DNA from: Bdellovibrionales bacterium
Lineage (GTDB): Bacteria > Bdellovibrionota > Bdellovibrionia > Bdellovibrionales > UBA1609
Reading direction: 5' to 3'
Assembly (NCBI GenBank): GCA_965219095.1
Contig: CBDCMT010000001.1
Location: 1,184,001-1,248,000 of the forward strand
DNA length: 64,000 bases
The position numbers were made by a program, and so were the translations under genes. This document shows positions 9,935-20,991 of the stretch, in pieces (positions within the stretch are counted from its first letter, which is position 1; every line of letters begins with the position of its first letter). Under the pieces are notes generated by a model. The model searched no databases and was not told where the DNA came from. It saw only the letters and a list, made by a program, of their open reading frames with translations.

Positions 9935-10803
9935 GGCGTGTCCTCATTTGCCCAGACCTTTTTCAAGACCTTAGGCGTGTTGAATATTTATAAAGATTGT
10001 AAAAAGCTCATAACAAAGGGAGGTATTATGTTAAGAAAAGTTTTAACAGATTCTATGTGGAAGGATCTGGAAGCTATTATAAGAGAGAAAGGCTGTTATC
10101 ATTCAGCAAACAATAGAAATGTTATGGAAGCAATTTTATGGAAATTACGTACAGGCAGTCCGTGGCGTGATATTCCTGAACAGTTCTGTCCTTGGAAGAG
10201 AGCATATAATCGCTTTAATAGGTGGGTACAAAAAGGGTTATGGAATGATTTTTTTTTACTTTACAAGAAGAAGTTGATACAGAGTGGGTGTCCATCGACG
10301 GAAGTTACGTATCGGTTCATCAGCATGCTAGTGGAGCTCGGCGTGGAGAAAGTCGTGCTGTGGGAAAATCTAGAGGTGGATCCACAACAAAAATACACAT
10401 GGCCTCCGATGCGCATGGAAATCCACTCTGTTTTAAAATCACTGGGGGTGAAGTACACGACAGTCAAGTTGCAGGTGATTTAATTGATGAGTTTCGTAGT
10501 GAGTATTTGATTGCTGACAAGGCCTATGACTCGGATGAGATACGAGATAAGGCTCGTAGTAAGAAGATAAAGCCTGTGATACCGAGACGAAAAAATAGCA
10601 AAAAGAAAAATAAAGATTTTGATCGTCATATCTATAAATCTCGACATCAGATAGAAAACCTTTTTGCTCGTCTTAAGCATTTTAGAGGTATTGCCACTCG
10701 ATTTGAAAAGCTTGCTAGAAATTTCAAAGCTATGCTATCTATAGCATGTATGTTTATTTGGCTTAAACTTCAAAGTAAAGGTCCAGTCAAATGAGGACAC
10801 GCC
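9935..10803 (+). mobile_element. IS5 family (IS427-like) element with two-ORF frameshifted transposase (~10028-10794)
   Basis: IRs GGCGTGTCCTCATTTG; CTAG on both flanks; WKLRTGSPWRDIP, SIDGS, ADKAYDS and R..IENLF motifs; T-run near 10250 at the frame change. Confidence 0.9.
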
Positions 10804-11153
10804 CTAGACAAGGCTTCTTACGAGAGTTTTTTAAAATTTTAAAAGACAAAATGAGAAATAGGTATGGCTTAGCGATTTGACAAGGCGAGTCTTAAAGTTT
10901 CTTCTTTTATGGCCTCAAATATCTTTAAAAAGTTTGTGGAAAAGGCTTAGAGAGAATGTGTTCCTTGTAAGAGGAGGCCGTTAGAGGAAGCCCTTGGTCT
11001 TAACTTGAAAGAAGAAGATTTTCATTATATGTTACAAACGCAAAAAAAATCTTTGGAGTTCAATGGAAAGACTCAAGACCCTTTGTTCATGATGAACAAA
11101 AAAACGAGCTTTTACCTTTTTTAAAGAACATAGGAACTCTTAGTGAAGGTTAA

Positions 11154-12686
11154 GTGGTAGATATAAATGTTGATATGAGTGTAAAATTTTCTGAACTAAA
11201 ATTAAATTCTTATTTGAAAGAAGGCATCGAACAACGAGATCTTATTCACTGTACAGATATACAAGAACGTAGTTTTGTGCCTGTTGTGATGGGTAAAGAT
11301 GTTGCTGGTTTAGCTCAGACAGGTACAGGAAAGACATTTGCTTTTCTCATACCGCTTATGGAACGTCTTTTAAGATCCTCAGATAAAAAAAAGGGCTTTA
11401 AAAACTTTTCACCCCATCATTGGATTTTAATTCTGGTCCCCACAAGAGAGTTAGGAGAACAGGTCTATGATCAGATCCATCTGTTAGATAGAAAAAATCG
11501 ATTTTCATCAGCTTTAATCTTAGGTGGCTTGTCTTATGAAAAACAGATAAAAGATTTGAAAAAGAAACCTCGTTTTGTAGTGGCGACTCCGGGAAGACTT
11601 GGTGATTTAGCTAAGGATAGTTATGTTCAGCTTTCACAAGTCAGAGCCATTGTCTTTGATGAAGCTGATAGGTTGTTTGATATGGGATTTCAACCACAGG
11701 TACGCTCTATCTTAGAACGAGTCCCTAAAGACAGGCAACTTCTTATCTACAGTGCGACTTTAAATTTTGAAGTGTTGGAAATGGCTTATGAATTTTTAGC
11801 TCACCCCATAGAAATTAATATTAGTCAAGATCATTTAAAAGCTCATAATGTAAGGGATTGTCTTTTTCATTTAGGAATGAATGAAAAACCAAATTATCTT
11901 ATTTCTATTTTAAAAAAATACAAGCCCTCTCAATCTATTGTTTTCACTAATTTTAAAAGAAATGTTGAAAAGTTGTCATACTTTTTGAATACAAATGGTT
12001 TTTCAGCACAAGGGATTTCAAGTCTTTTGAATCAGAGTCAGAGAAGACGTATTATGGATAACTTTAAAAATAAGAAAATCTACTCCATTTTAGTTGCTAC
12101 CGACGTGGCAGCTAGAGGTCTTGATATTAAAGGGATTGACTTGGTGATTAACTATGAGTTGCCTGAGTTTTCAGAAATATATGTTCATAGAATAGGTCGT
12201 ACAGGACGGGCGGATGAAAAAGGCTTAGCTTTTAGTTTTGTTTCTGATCGGGATGTGGAGGCTCTGCAACGTATTGAAAAATTTCTTAACTTATCAATTC
12301 CTGTGGAATGGCTTAATGATGGAGATCTGGTAACAGATCTGAAACCTTTTCCTAGAAGTGCTCCTTCTGAGCACATCAGATTACATAGAGTTTCTCATAA
12401 AACAAAAAAACCTAAAAATCTTTCAAAAAGGAAGGATAGACGAAAAATACAAAGGATTGAAAAAAAATCGGCCTCTAAAAATCCTTACAAGAGAAAATTT
12501 AAAACCAAAAATAAAGTTCAAGAAGTAACATTTAGGAAAAAAAGAAAATCTGGGAGTGTATCTTATAAGAAAAAATTTAATACAAAGAAAAGGAGAAAAG
12601 GCGACACTATGAAGAAAAGGTTTGCAAAAAATCAAAAAAAAACAAGCTTTTGGAAACGCTTGTCTTCTATTTTTAAAAATCGATAA
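11154..12686 (+). CDS. DEAD-box RNA helicase with Lys-rich C-terminal tail
   Basis: AQTGTGKT, PTREL, TPGR, DEAD, SAT, ARGLD and HRIGRTGR motifs. Confidence 0.95.
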   Translation: MVDINVDMSVKFSELKLNSYLKEGIEQRDLIHCTDIQERSFVPVVMGKDVAGLAQTGTGKTFAFLIPLMERLLRSSDKKKGFKNFSPHHWILILVPTRELGEQVYDQIHLLDRKNRFSSALILGGLSYEKQIKDLKKKPRFVVATPGRLGDLAKDSYVQLSQVRAIVFDEADRLFDMGFQPQVRSILERVPKDRQLLIYSATLNFEVLEMAYEFLAHPIEINISQDHLKAHNVRDCLFHLGMNEKPNYLISILKKYKPSQSIVFTNFKRNVEKLSYFLNTNGFSAQGISSLLNQSQRRRIMDNFKNKKIYSILVATDVAARGLDIKGIDLVINYELPEFSEIYVHRIGRTGRADEKGLAFSFVSDRDVEALQRIEKFLNLSIPVEWLNDGDLVTDLKPFPRSAPSEHIRLHRVSHKTKKPKNLSKRKDRRKIQRIEKKSASKNPYKRKFKTKNKVQEVTFRKKRKSGSVSYKKKFNTKKRRKGDTMKKRFAKNQKKTSFWKRLSSIFKNR

Positions 12687-12779
12687 AAATGGAGCCTAAA
12701 TTGTGTAATTGATTTTTCATTTGAAATTTTAACTCTCAGGGTTTTTTAATCAAACCTTACCACATGTTCAATAGCAAAT

Positions 12780-14924
12780 CTAAATGAATTTTTCAAATTC
12801 TTTCCAGTCTTTAATTTCAATACCTAATTCTAAAGCTTTATCTAGCTTAGAACCGGGAGCTTCACCCCTTAAAACAAAGCTTGTGTTTTTACTGACTTGA
12901 GAAGGACTCTTTCCTCCTAATTCCATAATAAAGTCTTTGATTTCATCTCGGCTCAGGGGGAATGTCCCTGTGATCACAATATTAAAACCCTTGAGACTTT
13001 TGTTCTTTCTTGATTTTTTTTCTTCAATTTTGATTTTTGTCTTAAGTTTTTGAATTTGAAGGATAAGCCTTTGCCTTTCATTGATGATAGATTCCGAAGC
13101 CATAGGACCTACAATGTTGGAAAGCTCGTCTCTTTCAGAACTAAGAAAGTTATCTAAAGTTCTAAAATAGGCAGCTAAGTCTTTGGCTTTGTACTCTCCT
13201 ATAAGAGGAATCCCTAAGGCAAAAATGAATCGACTAAGAGAGGTGTTAGAGCTTTTTTTAATACTTGCAAGAATGTTGTTTGTTGACTTTTGTTTTTTAT
13301 TTTCTAAAAGGAGGATTCTTTCTTTTGTCAAATTATAAATATCAGAAAAAGAGGATATGAGTTTTTTTTCAATAAGCTGGTCTACGGTTTTGCTCCCTAG
13401 GCCTTCAATGTTCATAGCTTTTTTAGAAACAAAATGTTTTATAGTTAAACTCAGCATGCAGTTTGGATTTTTGCAAAAGTATTTAGTTTGTCTTTTGAGA
13501 ACGTGTTTCTTATTTTGTTCTTGACATTGAGGGCAAAACTTTTCTTTTTTTGAAAGTCGTTTTCTTATAAGCTCCCATTCTAAATAAGAGCACTTAGAGT
13601 TTGAGCAAATAAGGCGAAAGTGAGCTTTTTTGTGACAGCTAGGACATGTTTGAGGGATTTGATAGCCTTTTTCTCTCTTTATGGGGTTTTTAAGAACACG
13701 AATCACTTCAGGGATTACATCCCCTGCACGATGGATTTCAACGGTATCACCTTTTTTTATTTTTTTTCTATCTATCTCTTCTTGGTTATGCAAGGTGGCG
13801 TGAGAGACTAAAACACCTCCTACTCTTACAGGCTTCATTTTAGCTACAGGGGTTAGGGCTCCTGTTCTTCCTACTTGTATTGTGATGTCTTTAATTTTTG
13901 TGATAGCAGTTTCTGGGGTGAACTTCAAAGCTGTAGCCCACCGAGGATTTCTTGCTATAAATCCTAATTCGTCTTGATATTTAAGTCCATTGACTTTGAC
14001 AACAACACCATCGATTTCAAAGGGGAGCTTATGTCTTTTTTCAAGAAGTTCTTGGTAATACTTTTTAGCTTTTTTGAGGTTTCCTTTTTTAGGTTCTACA
14101 GAGTATAAGAGAGGACTTTTTCTTTTAGAGACAAATTTAAAGATACTATTTTGTGTTCTGGGAGCTGTTTCAAATCGGCTCACTAAGTCATAGGGAAAGA
14201 AGATAAGAAGCTTTTTTTCTTTTTCTGTTAAGTCAAGCTTCCGTAAAAGACCTGAGGCTGCGTTTCTAGGGTTAGAAAATGTTTTAAGCCCTAAATTTTC
14301 AAGTTCTTCATTCATTGTTTTAAAATCGTTTTTTAAAATTAAGACTTCTCCTCTAATTTCAATTCTTTCTTTCTTGTGCTTGATGGTTTTGGGGATGTCT
14401 TTGATTCCCTTAGCATTTCTCAAAATGTCTTCTCCTATATATCCATCTCCTCGTGTTAGAGCATGTTTTAAGACGCCATTTTCATAGACAAGTTCTAAAC
14501 CAACTCCATCGTACTTAGGTTCAAAGAAATAATCTATTTTTTCAGTCTCTAATAGGTTGAGATTCTTTTTTACACGTTTATCGAAGTCTTCTAAGTCTTG
14601 TAAATTGTAACTATTTTGTAAAGAAAGCATAGGCTTTGTATGGGCTATTTTTTGAAAATGTAAGGACAGATTTTTAGAGATTTTTTGAGTCGGAGAGCTT
14701 TTTGTGAGGAATTCAGGATAGGCTTTTTCTAAAGCCTCAAGCTTTTTAAAAAGAAGGTCGTATTCAAGATCCTTTATAACAGGGGTGCTTTTTTCATAGT
14801 AGAATTTATCGTGGGTTCTAATTTTGGTTCTTAAATTTAGGATTTCTTTTCTGACAGTCTTTTTTTTTTCTAGAGCTTTCTTCTTTTTTAGAGTTTTTTT
14901 CATGAGTACAAAGTAGCAATTCAT
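12780..14924 (-). CDS. ligA: NAD-dependent DNA ligase
   Basis: PMLSL, EPKYDG, TRGDG, NPRNAASG, VGRTG and RAGDVIP motifs; C-terminal BRCT; start probably ~14903. Confidence 0.97.
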   Translation of the reverse strand: MNCYFVLMKKTLKKKKALEKKKTVRKEILNLRTKIRTHDKFYYEKSTPVIKDLEYDLLFKKLEALEKAYPEFLTKSSPTQKISKNLSLHFQKIAHTKPMLSLQNSYNLQDLEDFDKRVKKNLNLLETEKIDYFFEPKYDGVGLELVYENGVLKHALTRGDGYIGEDILRNAKGIKDIPKTIKHKKERIEIRGEVLILKNDFKTMNEELENLGLKTFSNPRNAASGLLRKLDLTEKEKKLLIFFPYDLVSRFETAPRTQNSIFKFVSKRKSPLLYSVEPKKGNLKKAKKYYQELLEKRHKLPFEIDGVVVKVNGLKYQDELGFIARNPRWATALKFTPETAITKIKDITIQVGRTGALTPVAKMKPVRVGGVLVSHATLHNQEEIDRKKIKKGDTVEIHRAGDVIPEVIRVLKNPIKREKGYQIPQTCPSCHKKAHFRLICSNSKCSYLEWELIRKRLSKKEKFCPQCQEQNKKHVLKRQTKYFCKNPNCMLSLTIKHFVSKKAMNIEGLGSKTVDQLIEKKLISSFSDIYNLTKERILLLENKKQKSTNNILASIKKSSNTSLSRFIFALGIPLIGEYKAKDLAAYFRTLDNFLSSERDELSNIVGPMASESIINERQRLILQIQKLKTKIKIEEKKSRKNKSLKGFNIVITGTFPLSRDEIKDFIMELGGKSPSQVSKNTSFVLRGEAPGSKLDKALELGIEIKDWKEFEKFI

Positions 14925-14960
14925 GCATCAAGGGGTCAATCTTTTTTAGAAGAGCTCTTA

Positions 14961-15035
14961 TATAGTGCTTCCGTTTAGGTTTCCAGTTTTTTCTCCTAGA
15001 GGGGATAGATGGGAAATCTAAGTATATTCACTATA
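14961..15035. mobile_element. ~75-bp MITE (TATAGTG...CACTATA), copy 1
   Basis: Homologous to 63293-63366; terminal IRs. Confidence 0.7.
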
Positions 15036-15090
15036 TAAGGGATTAAGGGTGGTTGATTTTAAGGGTGGTTTGATGGTATAGCTTTACTAT

Positions 15091-15363
15091 ATGAGAGAAA
15101 TAAAACAAATAGCCCGCTTAAGCCGGCTTTCTTTTTCTGAAAAAGAACTTAGTTTGTATGAAGATTTTTTTAAACGCCTCTTAGAGTTTGTGGATCAGGT
15201 AAGTGAAGTAGAAGTGGGCTCCGAAAAGCCTCTTGTGAATCCTTTTAGGGGAGCGACAAAGTTTCGAGGTGATGAAATAGAAGTGTGGAGTAAAGGTAAG
15301 TCCGTGGTGAAACAAGCCCCATCTTCTGAAGGAGCTTCTTTCAAAGTTCCTCCTGTTTTGTAG
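15091..15363 (+). CDS. gatC: Asp/Glu-tRNA amidotransferase subunit C
   Basis: IARLSRL...FKVPPVL; directly upstream of gatA. Confidence 0.9.
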   Translation: MREIKQIARLSRLSFSEKELSLYEDFFKRLLEFVDQVSEVEVGSEKPLVNPFRGATKFRGDEIEVWSKGKSVVKQAPSSEGASFKVPPVL

Positions 15364-15375
15364 AAAGAGATCGTT

Positions 15376-16845
15376 ATGAGTTTCTCACAAATGAGCCTTA
15401 CTGATTTAGCTGAAGGAATCCAGAAAAAGAATTTTTCTTCTAAAGAGCTTGTGTCTTACTTTTTGGATCGTGTTGAGAGCTATGATTCTAAGCTCAATTC
15501 TTTTATTAGTGTTAATGAAAGAGCTTTAGAGGAAGCTAAAGCTCAGGATGTAAAAAAAACGAACTCTCTTTTAGCAGGAGTTCCTATTTCTTTAAAAGAC
15601 AATTTTTGTACAGAAGGACTTAAAACTACGGCTGCGTCTAAAATTTTGTCTTCTTTTGTGCCTGCTTATGACAGCACTGTTGCAAAGAGATTAAAGAATC
15701 AAGGGATGATCATTTTAGGAAAAAATAACATGGATGAATTTGCTATGGGTTCTAGCACAGAGACTTCTTATTTTCAGCCTAGTTACAACCCTTGGAATAG
15801 GGAGCATACGCCTGGGGGATCAAGCGGAGGTTCTGCAGCTTCTGTAGCCGGTGGTTTAGTGCCTGCATCTATGGGGACAGATACAGGGGGTTCTGTTAGA
15901 CAACCGGCTTGTTTTTGTGGACTTGTGGGATTGAAACCCACCTACGGTCGTATCAGTCGCTACGGAATTATTGCCTATGCTTCTAGTCTTGACCAAGCAG
16001 GGACCTTAACAAAAACAGTGGAAGATAGTGCTTGTCTTTTACAGATTCTTTCTGGTTTTGATGAAAAAGACAGCACTTCATCCTTAGAGCCTGTATTGTC
16101 TTTTTCAAACAGCCTTAAAAGGGGTGTGAAGAATTTAAAAATAGGTGTTTTGAAATTGCCTTCTTCTGTTCACGTTGAAAGTGATGCTTTAGAGATTTTT
16201 GACAAAGCGGTGAAAGTTTTAAAAGACGAAGGATCTAAAATTATTTCTGTTGAGTTAAAATACATGGATTACTTTCCTTCTGTGTATTATATTATTGCTC
16301 CTTGCGAAGCTTCTAGTAATTTATCTCGTTACGATGGTGTTCGCTATGGTTTTCGTTCCAATTTTTCTGAAAGACCGGCTCAAAACTTAGAGGAGTTTTA
16401 CAGTCGCACACGAGGGGAGGGCTTCGGACAGGAAGTCAAAAGAAGAATTCTTATGGGGACTTATGCTCTTAGCTCAGGTTATTATGATGCTTATTATTTA
16501 AAAGCTTGCCGGGTGAGAAGTTTGATTCAAAAGGATTACCTAGAGAACTTTAAAACATGTGATGTAATTTTATCTCCTCCTTCTAGCTCTACAGCTCCTG
16601 TTCTCTACCGAGATCAAAATGATCCTATTAAAACGTACACGAATGATCTTTTTACATTGGGAGTTAATTTAGCGGGTCTACCGGCTTTAACTTGCCCCAT
16701 AGCTTTAAGTGCGAAAACAAACTTACCTTTTGGAGTCCAGATCATAGCTGCCCCTTTTAGGGAGGAAGTTTTGTTTCAAGTAGGACAGTTTTTAGAAGAT
16801 CATTTTGAATTTTATAAAACAAAACCTCAGGAATTTTTTTCATGA
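15376..16845 (+). CDS. gatA: Asp/Glu-tRNA amidotransferase subunit A
   Basis: Amidase signature GGSSGGSAA, GTDTGGSVRQPA, SSNLSRYDGVRYG. Confidence 0.97.
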   Translation: MSFSQMSLTDLAEGIQKKNFSSKELVSYFLDRVESYDSKLNSFISVNERALEEAKAQDVKKTNSLLAGVPISLKDNFCTEGLKTTAASKILSSFVPAYDSTVAKRLKNQGMIILGKNNMDEFAMGSSTETSYFQPSYNPWNREHTPGGSSGGSAASVAGGLVPASMGTDTGGSVRQPACFCGLVGLKPTYGRISRYGIIAYASSLDQAGTLTKTVEDSACLLQILSGFDEKDSTSSLEPVLSFSNSLKRGVKNLKIGVLKLPSSVHVESDALEIFDKAVKVLKDEGSKIISVELKYMDYFPSVYYIIAPCEASSNLSRYDGVRYGFRSNFSERPAQNLEEFYSRTRGEGFGQEVKRRILMGTYALSSGYYDAYYLKACRVRSLIQKDYLENFKTCDVILSPPSSSTAPVLYRDQNDPIKTYTNDLFTLGVNLAGLPALTCPIALSAKTNLPFGVQIIAAPFREEVLFQVGQFLEDHFEFYKTKPQEFFS

Positions 16846-18266
16846 ACTGGGAGTCTGTCATAGGAATTGAAATTCATGCTCAGCTTAAAACAAAGAGTAA
16901 ACTTTTTTGTTCTGATTCCACTCACTTTAAAGCTTTTGAAAATGAAAATACAAGTCCCATAAGCTTAGGGATGCCGGGAACTCTGCCTATGATCAATAAG
17001 CAGTCCGTATTTTGTGCTATAAAAGCAGGCCTTGCCTTAGGTTGTCGTATTCGTCATAAATCAGTTTTTTCTCGCAAAAATTACTTTTACCCTGATTTAC
17101 CTAAAGGGTATCAGATCTCTCAAAGTTCAGAACCTCTTTGCGAGAAAGGGGAGGTAGAGTTTTTATCGCAAGGAGAGCTTATGAAAGTAAGTATTGAAAG
17201 AGCTCATATGGAAGAGGATGCAGGGAAATCACAACATCAAGGCCATCAAACACTTTTAAATTTCAATCGAGCAGGTAATCCTTTGTTAGAAATTGTATCT
17301 TATCCTGATTTGAGAACACCGGAACAAGCTTCCGAATACTGCCGTACGGTTTGTAACATTTTAAAGACGGTGGATGTTTGTGATGGCAACTTAGAGGAAG
17401 GCTCTTTAAGATGTGATTGTAATGTGAGTGTTAGGAAAAAAGGTGAGACTAAATTAGGGACAAAAGTAGAGCTAAAGAATATTAATTCGTTTCGTTTTAT
17501 TTATAAAGCGATTTCCTATGAAATAACTCGTCAAATTGATGTTTTAAACTCAGGAGGTCAAATGGTTCAAGAAACAAGGCTCTATGACAGTACAAAAAAC
17601 AAAACCTTTTCTATGAGAAGAAAAGAAGAAGCTCATGATTATAGGTACTTTCCTGATCCCGATTTGCTTCCCTTAGAAGTAAGTGAGAAGTGGATTGAAA
17701 CTATAAGAAAAAATCTACCTGAGCTTCCTCTTCAAAGAGCTCTTAGATTTCAAAAGGAATATAAAATTCCTGAGTACGATGCACACTTGTTGAATCAGGA
17801 AAAAGAAATCGCTGATTTTTTTGAGCAAGTGGCCCAAAAAAGTAAAGAGCCGAAGTTAAGCTCTAATTGGATTATGGGTGATATGTTGCAGAAGTTGAAA
17901 GAGGAAAAAAAATCTGTAAATGATATGAAGATAACATCCGATCAGTTGTCACATATGATCAAATTGATTTGTAACAAAACTATTTCTGGAAAAATAGCAA
18001 AAACTGTGTTTTCTGAGATGTGGGGTACAGATAAAATGCCTGAAGTAATTGTAAAAGAAAAAAATCTTGTTCAAATTACAGATGAAACAGTAATTGAAGA
18101 GCTTGTTAACAAAATCATATCAAGCCATCCGGAACAACTTAAAGAGTACAGGAGAGGAAAGACAAAGATTTTTGGTTTTTTTGTAGGACAGTCTATGAAG
18201 GCCTCTAAAGGTCAAGTCAATCCTGAAATTTTGAATCAAATCTTAAAGAAAAATTTGGATTCTTAG
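16842..18266 (+). CDS. gatB: Asp/Glu-tRNA amidotransferase subunit B
   Basis: VIGIEIHAQL, YFYPDLPKGYQISQ and DYRYFPDPDL motifs. Confidence 0.97.
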   Translation: MNWESVIGIEIHAQLKTKSKLFCSDSTHFKAFENENTSPISLGMPGTLPMINKQSVFCAIKAGLALGCRIRHKSVFSRKNYFYPDLPKGYQISQSSEPLCEKGEVEFLSQGELMKVSIERAHMEEDAGKSQHQGHQTLLNFNRAGNPLLEIVSYPDLRTPEQASEYCRTVCNILKTVDVCDGNLEEGSLRCDCNVSVRKKGETKLGTKVELKNINSFRFIYKAISYEITRQIDVLNSGGQMVQETRLYDSTKNKTFSMRRKEEAHDYRYFPDPDLLPLEVSEKWIETIRKNLPELPLQRALRFQKEYKIPEYDAHLLNQEKEIADFFEQVAQKSKEPKLSSNWIMGDMLQKLKEEKKSVNDMKITSDQLSHMIKLICNKTISGKIAKTVFSEMWGTDKMPEVIVKEKNLVQITDETVIEELVNKIISSHPEQLKEYRRGKTKIFGFFVGQSMKASKGQVNPEILNQILKKNLDS

Positions 18267-19154
18267 ATGAAAGTCGCCGCCTTAGATCTAGGATCTAATA
18301 CGTTTTTACTTCTTATTGTGACTATAGAAAAAGGAAAGATCAAAAAAGTTCATAAAGATGTATCTGAGTATGTACGTCTCAGTGAGGGAGTCAATGAAAC
18401 AGGTCTTCTTTCAGATAAAGCTCTTCAAAGAGCTGAAAAATGTTTTATAAAATTTAGAAAAATAATTCAAAAAGAAAAGATCAAAAAAGTTTGTGCTGTA
18501 GCTACTTCTGCAGCGAGAGATGCGAAAAATAAAGATCAACTCAAAAGCTTGGCGAAACAATATGACATTCCCCTTAAAATTATAGATGGAAAAGAGGAGG
18601 CCTCATTGACTTTCTTAGGTTGTTTAGACGGACAAATAGAAAAAAGTCAGTTGGTTGTGGACGTGGGAGGCTATTCTACTGAGCTTACCTATTGTGTAGA
18701 AAAAAAAATTTATCCTACAAGTTTGAATGTGGGGGCTTTACGTTTGATGGAGATGTTTTCTCAAGAGATTTCGAATTCAGGAATCATTAAACTTCAAACT
18801 TTAAGTAATATGAGAGAGGAAATTATAAAAGAAAGTTTGCCTCCTCTAAAGTATATGCCGTCCTCTCTCCTTTGGTCTGAAGTGTGGGCTGTAGGAGGAA
18901 CTCCTCTATCCCTTCTTAATCTTTTGCAAAATGAAGCTGTGTTAACTGTAGAGAATTTATCCAGACTTACAAAGACTTTAGCCTCTCTTGAACTTGAACA
19001 AAGAAAAGCCTTTTTGGGAAAACAAGCTCCTAGGGCTGATATTCTTCCTTTAGGAGCCTTAATCTTAGAGACTCTTGCTTCTGTCTTAAATTTATGGGGC
19101 TACCGGGCTTCTCATAAAGGAGTTCGTTTTGGTCTTGTCTTTTGTCTAGATTGA
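18267..19154 (+). CDS. Ppx/GppA family phosphatase
   Basis: AALDLGSNT, VATSAARDAKN, IDGKEEA and VDVGG.STE motifs. Confidence 0.9.
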   Translation: MKVAALDLGSNTFLLLIVTIEKGKIKKVHKDVSEYVRLSEGVNETGLLSDKALQRAEKCFIKFRKIIQKEKIKKVCAVATSAARDAKNKDQLKSLAKQYDIPLKIIDGKEEASLTFLGCLDGQIEKSQLVVDVGGYSTELTYCVEKKIYPTSLNVGALRLMEMFSQEISNSGIIKLQTLSNMREEIIKESLPPLKYMPSSLLWSEVWAVGGTPLSLLNLLQNEAVLTVENLSRLTKTLASLELEQRKAFLGKQAPRADILPLGALILETLASVLNLWGYRASHKGVRFGLVFCLD

Positions 19155-19186
19155 AAATATTTGTTTTCTAAGAAATATTTGTATTT

Positions 19187-20935
19187 TTGGAAAAAAGTAG
19201 TAAGCTAAGGCTAAGTATGCTCTTTAGAGGACAGAATCTTATATTTTTCTTTATGGCGAGTTGTTTTCTAGTGCAGTGTAGTTCTGTAAAAGATAATACA
19301 GCAAAAAACCAATCGAATTATTCAGAATATGACACAGAGCTTTCATATGCTTTAGAAGACTTTGATCTTTCCGAAAAAGAAAAAACACATTCAGTTCAAC
19401 AGGAGAAGAAAGAAGATGAAGAAGACGATTTAGCTCACTCAGAAAGTGCTCTTGATTCTGATACAAGTTCTAGCACAAGTCTAGAGGAAGAATTTGAAAA
19501 GGAGCTTTCAGAACAAGAGAAGAATATTACTGACAATTCAGTAAAATCTGAAGAAGATTTAGTTTCTATTTTTGAAAAAGAATTAGCAGCAGAAGAAGAA
19601 TTAGAGAAAAAAATAGAACCAAAAGAGACACAAACAGACTTAGAAAAAGATTTCGAATCTTTAATGGCGGAAGATAAGACATTACAAGACGAAAAGAATG
19701 AAGAAACTGTGTCTCAAGATAGCTCTCAAGAAGGGATGCAAAAAAAAGTAGATTCTCATACAGATACAGAGTTATCTGATTCATCTGATAAAACAGAAGA
19801 GGAAGTAATTTCTTCAGATTCAGAAGCTTACACTGATAAAACAGAAGAAATTATTTCTGAAAAAGAAAAAGAAGATGGTTTTAAGAATTTAGCAGAAGAT
19901 AGTAGTCAAGATGAATCCTTTAAACCAGTGAGAACTTGGATTCCTGTTAAAAAAATGTCCTTGAAACCTTTTAGAAAAGGTGGCCAGTGGGTTAACTCTA
20001 TTTATTTTGCAAGACCTTATGACAATTTAGAAATTATTGCTACTAAAGTCTATGGGAATTCTGATACTTCCCGTTTGTTGAAGATCAACCCTCATTTTAA
20101 AAACAAAAGTTTAAAAGTAGGTGATAAGGTTTATTATAATTCTCCCACAAGGCCTCAGGATCAATCCCAAGTTCTAACTTACTATGAAGAGCTAGGTCTT
20201 TCACCTGAAACTTATGTTTCAAAAGATGCAGAGAACATTCGTGTCATTTCAAGAAAACTTTTAGGAGATAGTGGCAGTTGGAAAGAGGTTTGGGCTTATA
20301 ATCCACAAATAGAATCAAAAGACGTTTTGCCTTCAGGTACTGTGATTCGTTATTGGCCTCAACAAGCTCATAAAAAAGTTTTAACAGCAGTATCTTCTTA
20401 TAATTCTCAGATTGATGAACATAGGGAGGAGGATCTAGCCTCTGAAAATAGGACTTTTCGTAAAGAAAATCCAGTTCAAGTTGAAACAGAAGCTGTGATT
20501 CAGGAGGATTCATCACAACAGAAAAAGGAACCGAATCATTCTGCTTCCCTACAAAATAATCCTCAAACAGAAAAGAACACTCTTACATCTGAGTCCCATA
20601 TTCCACAACAACAACAGATGGCACAAAACAATTCTTCTGACATTCCAGTTGTTGAACCAGAAGAAGAGGTACCATCAGAGGAAGCCGAAGAAGACTCCAT
20701 TGATGGAAAAACCATGGCTTCAACTCAATCTCAAATGAGTAAAGGAGATGGGATTGAAACAAAAGAACAGAATCTTATTGATTATGCTTCTTATGGTGCT
20801 TTAGTTTTTGGTGTTTTAGGGCTTATTTTTGTCGTTGCAAGAAGAAGAAAATTAAAAGTTCATACATCACCTTTTAAAAGCTCACATAATCATAATCAAG
20901 ATACTCAAGTGACTCAAGTCACGCAGGTAGAGTAA
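19187..20935 (+). CDS. Acidic lipoprotein with central LysM-like domains and C-terminal TM anchor
   Basis: FLVQC lipobox (start probably 19217); D/E-rich linkers; LysM-like DNLEIIATKVYG..LKVGDKVYY; TM plus RRRK at the C-terminus. Confidence 0.6.
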   Translation: MEKSSKLRLSMLFRGQNLIFFFMASCFLVQCSSVKDNTAKNQSNYSEYDTELSYALEDFDLSEKEKTHSVQQEKKEDEEDDLAHSESALDSDTSSSTSLEEEFEKELSEQEKNITDNSVKSEEDLVSIFEKELAAEEELEKKIEPKETQTDLEKDFESLMAEDKTLQDEKNEETVSQDSSQEGMQKKVDSHTDTELSDSSDKTEEEVISSDSEAYTDKTEEIISEKEKEDGFKNLAEDSSQDESFKPVRTWIPVKKMSLKPFRKGGQWVNSIYFARPYDNLEIIATKVYGNSDTSRLLKINPHFKNKSLKVGDKVYYNSPTRPQDQSQVLTYYEELGLSPETYVSKDAENIRVISRKLLGDSGSWKEVWAYNPQIESKDVLPSGTVIRYWPQQAHKKVLTAVSSYNSQIDEHREEDLASENRTFRKENPVQVETEAVIQEDSSQQKKEPNHSASLQNNPQTEKNTLTSESHIPQQQQMAQNNSSDIPVVEPEEEVPSEEAEEDSIDGKTMASTQSQMSKGDGIETKEQNLIDYASYGALVFGVLGLIFVVARRRKLKVHTSPFKSSHNHNQDTQVTQVTQVE

Positions 20936-20991
20936 TTTTTCTTAAGCTTTCATGTATTGATGGATCTTTTATGAGATGCTAAGCTTAGAGA

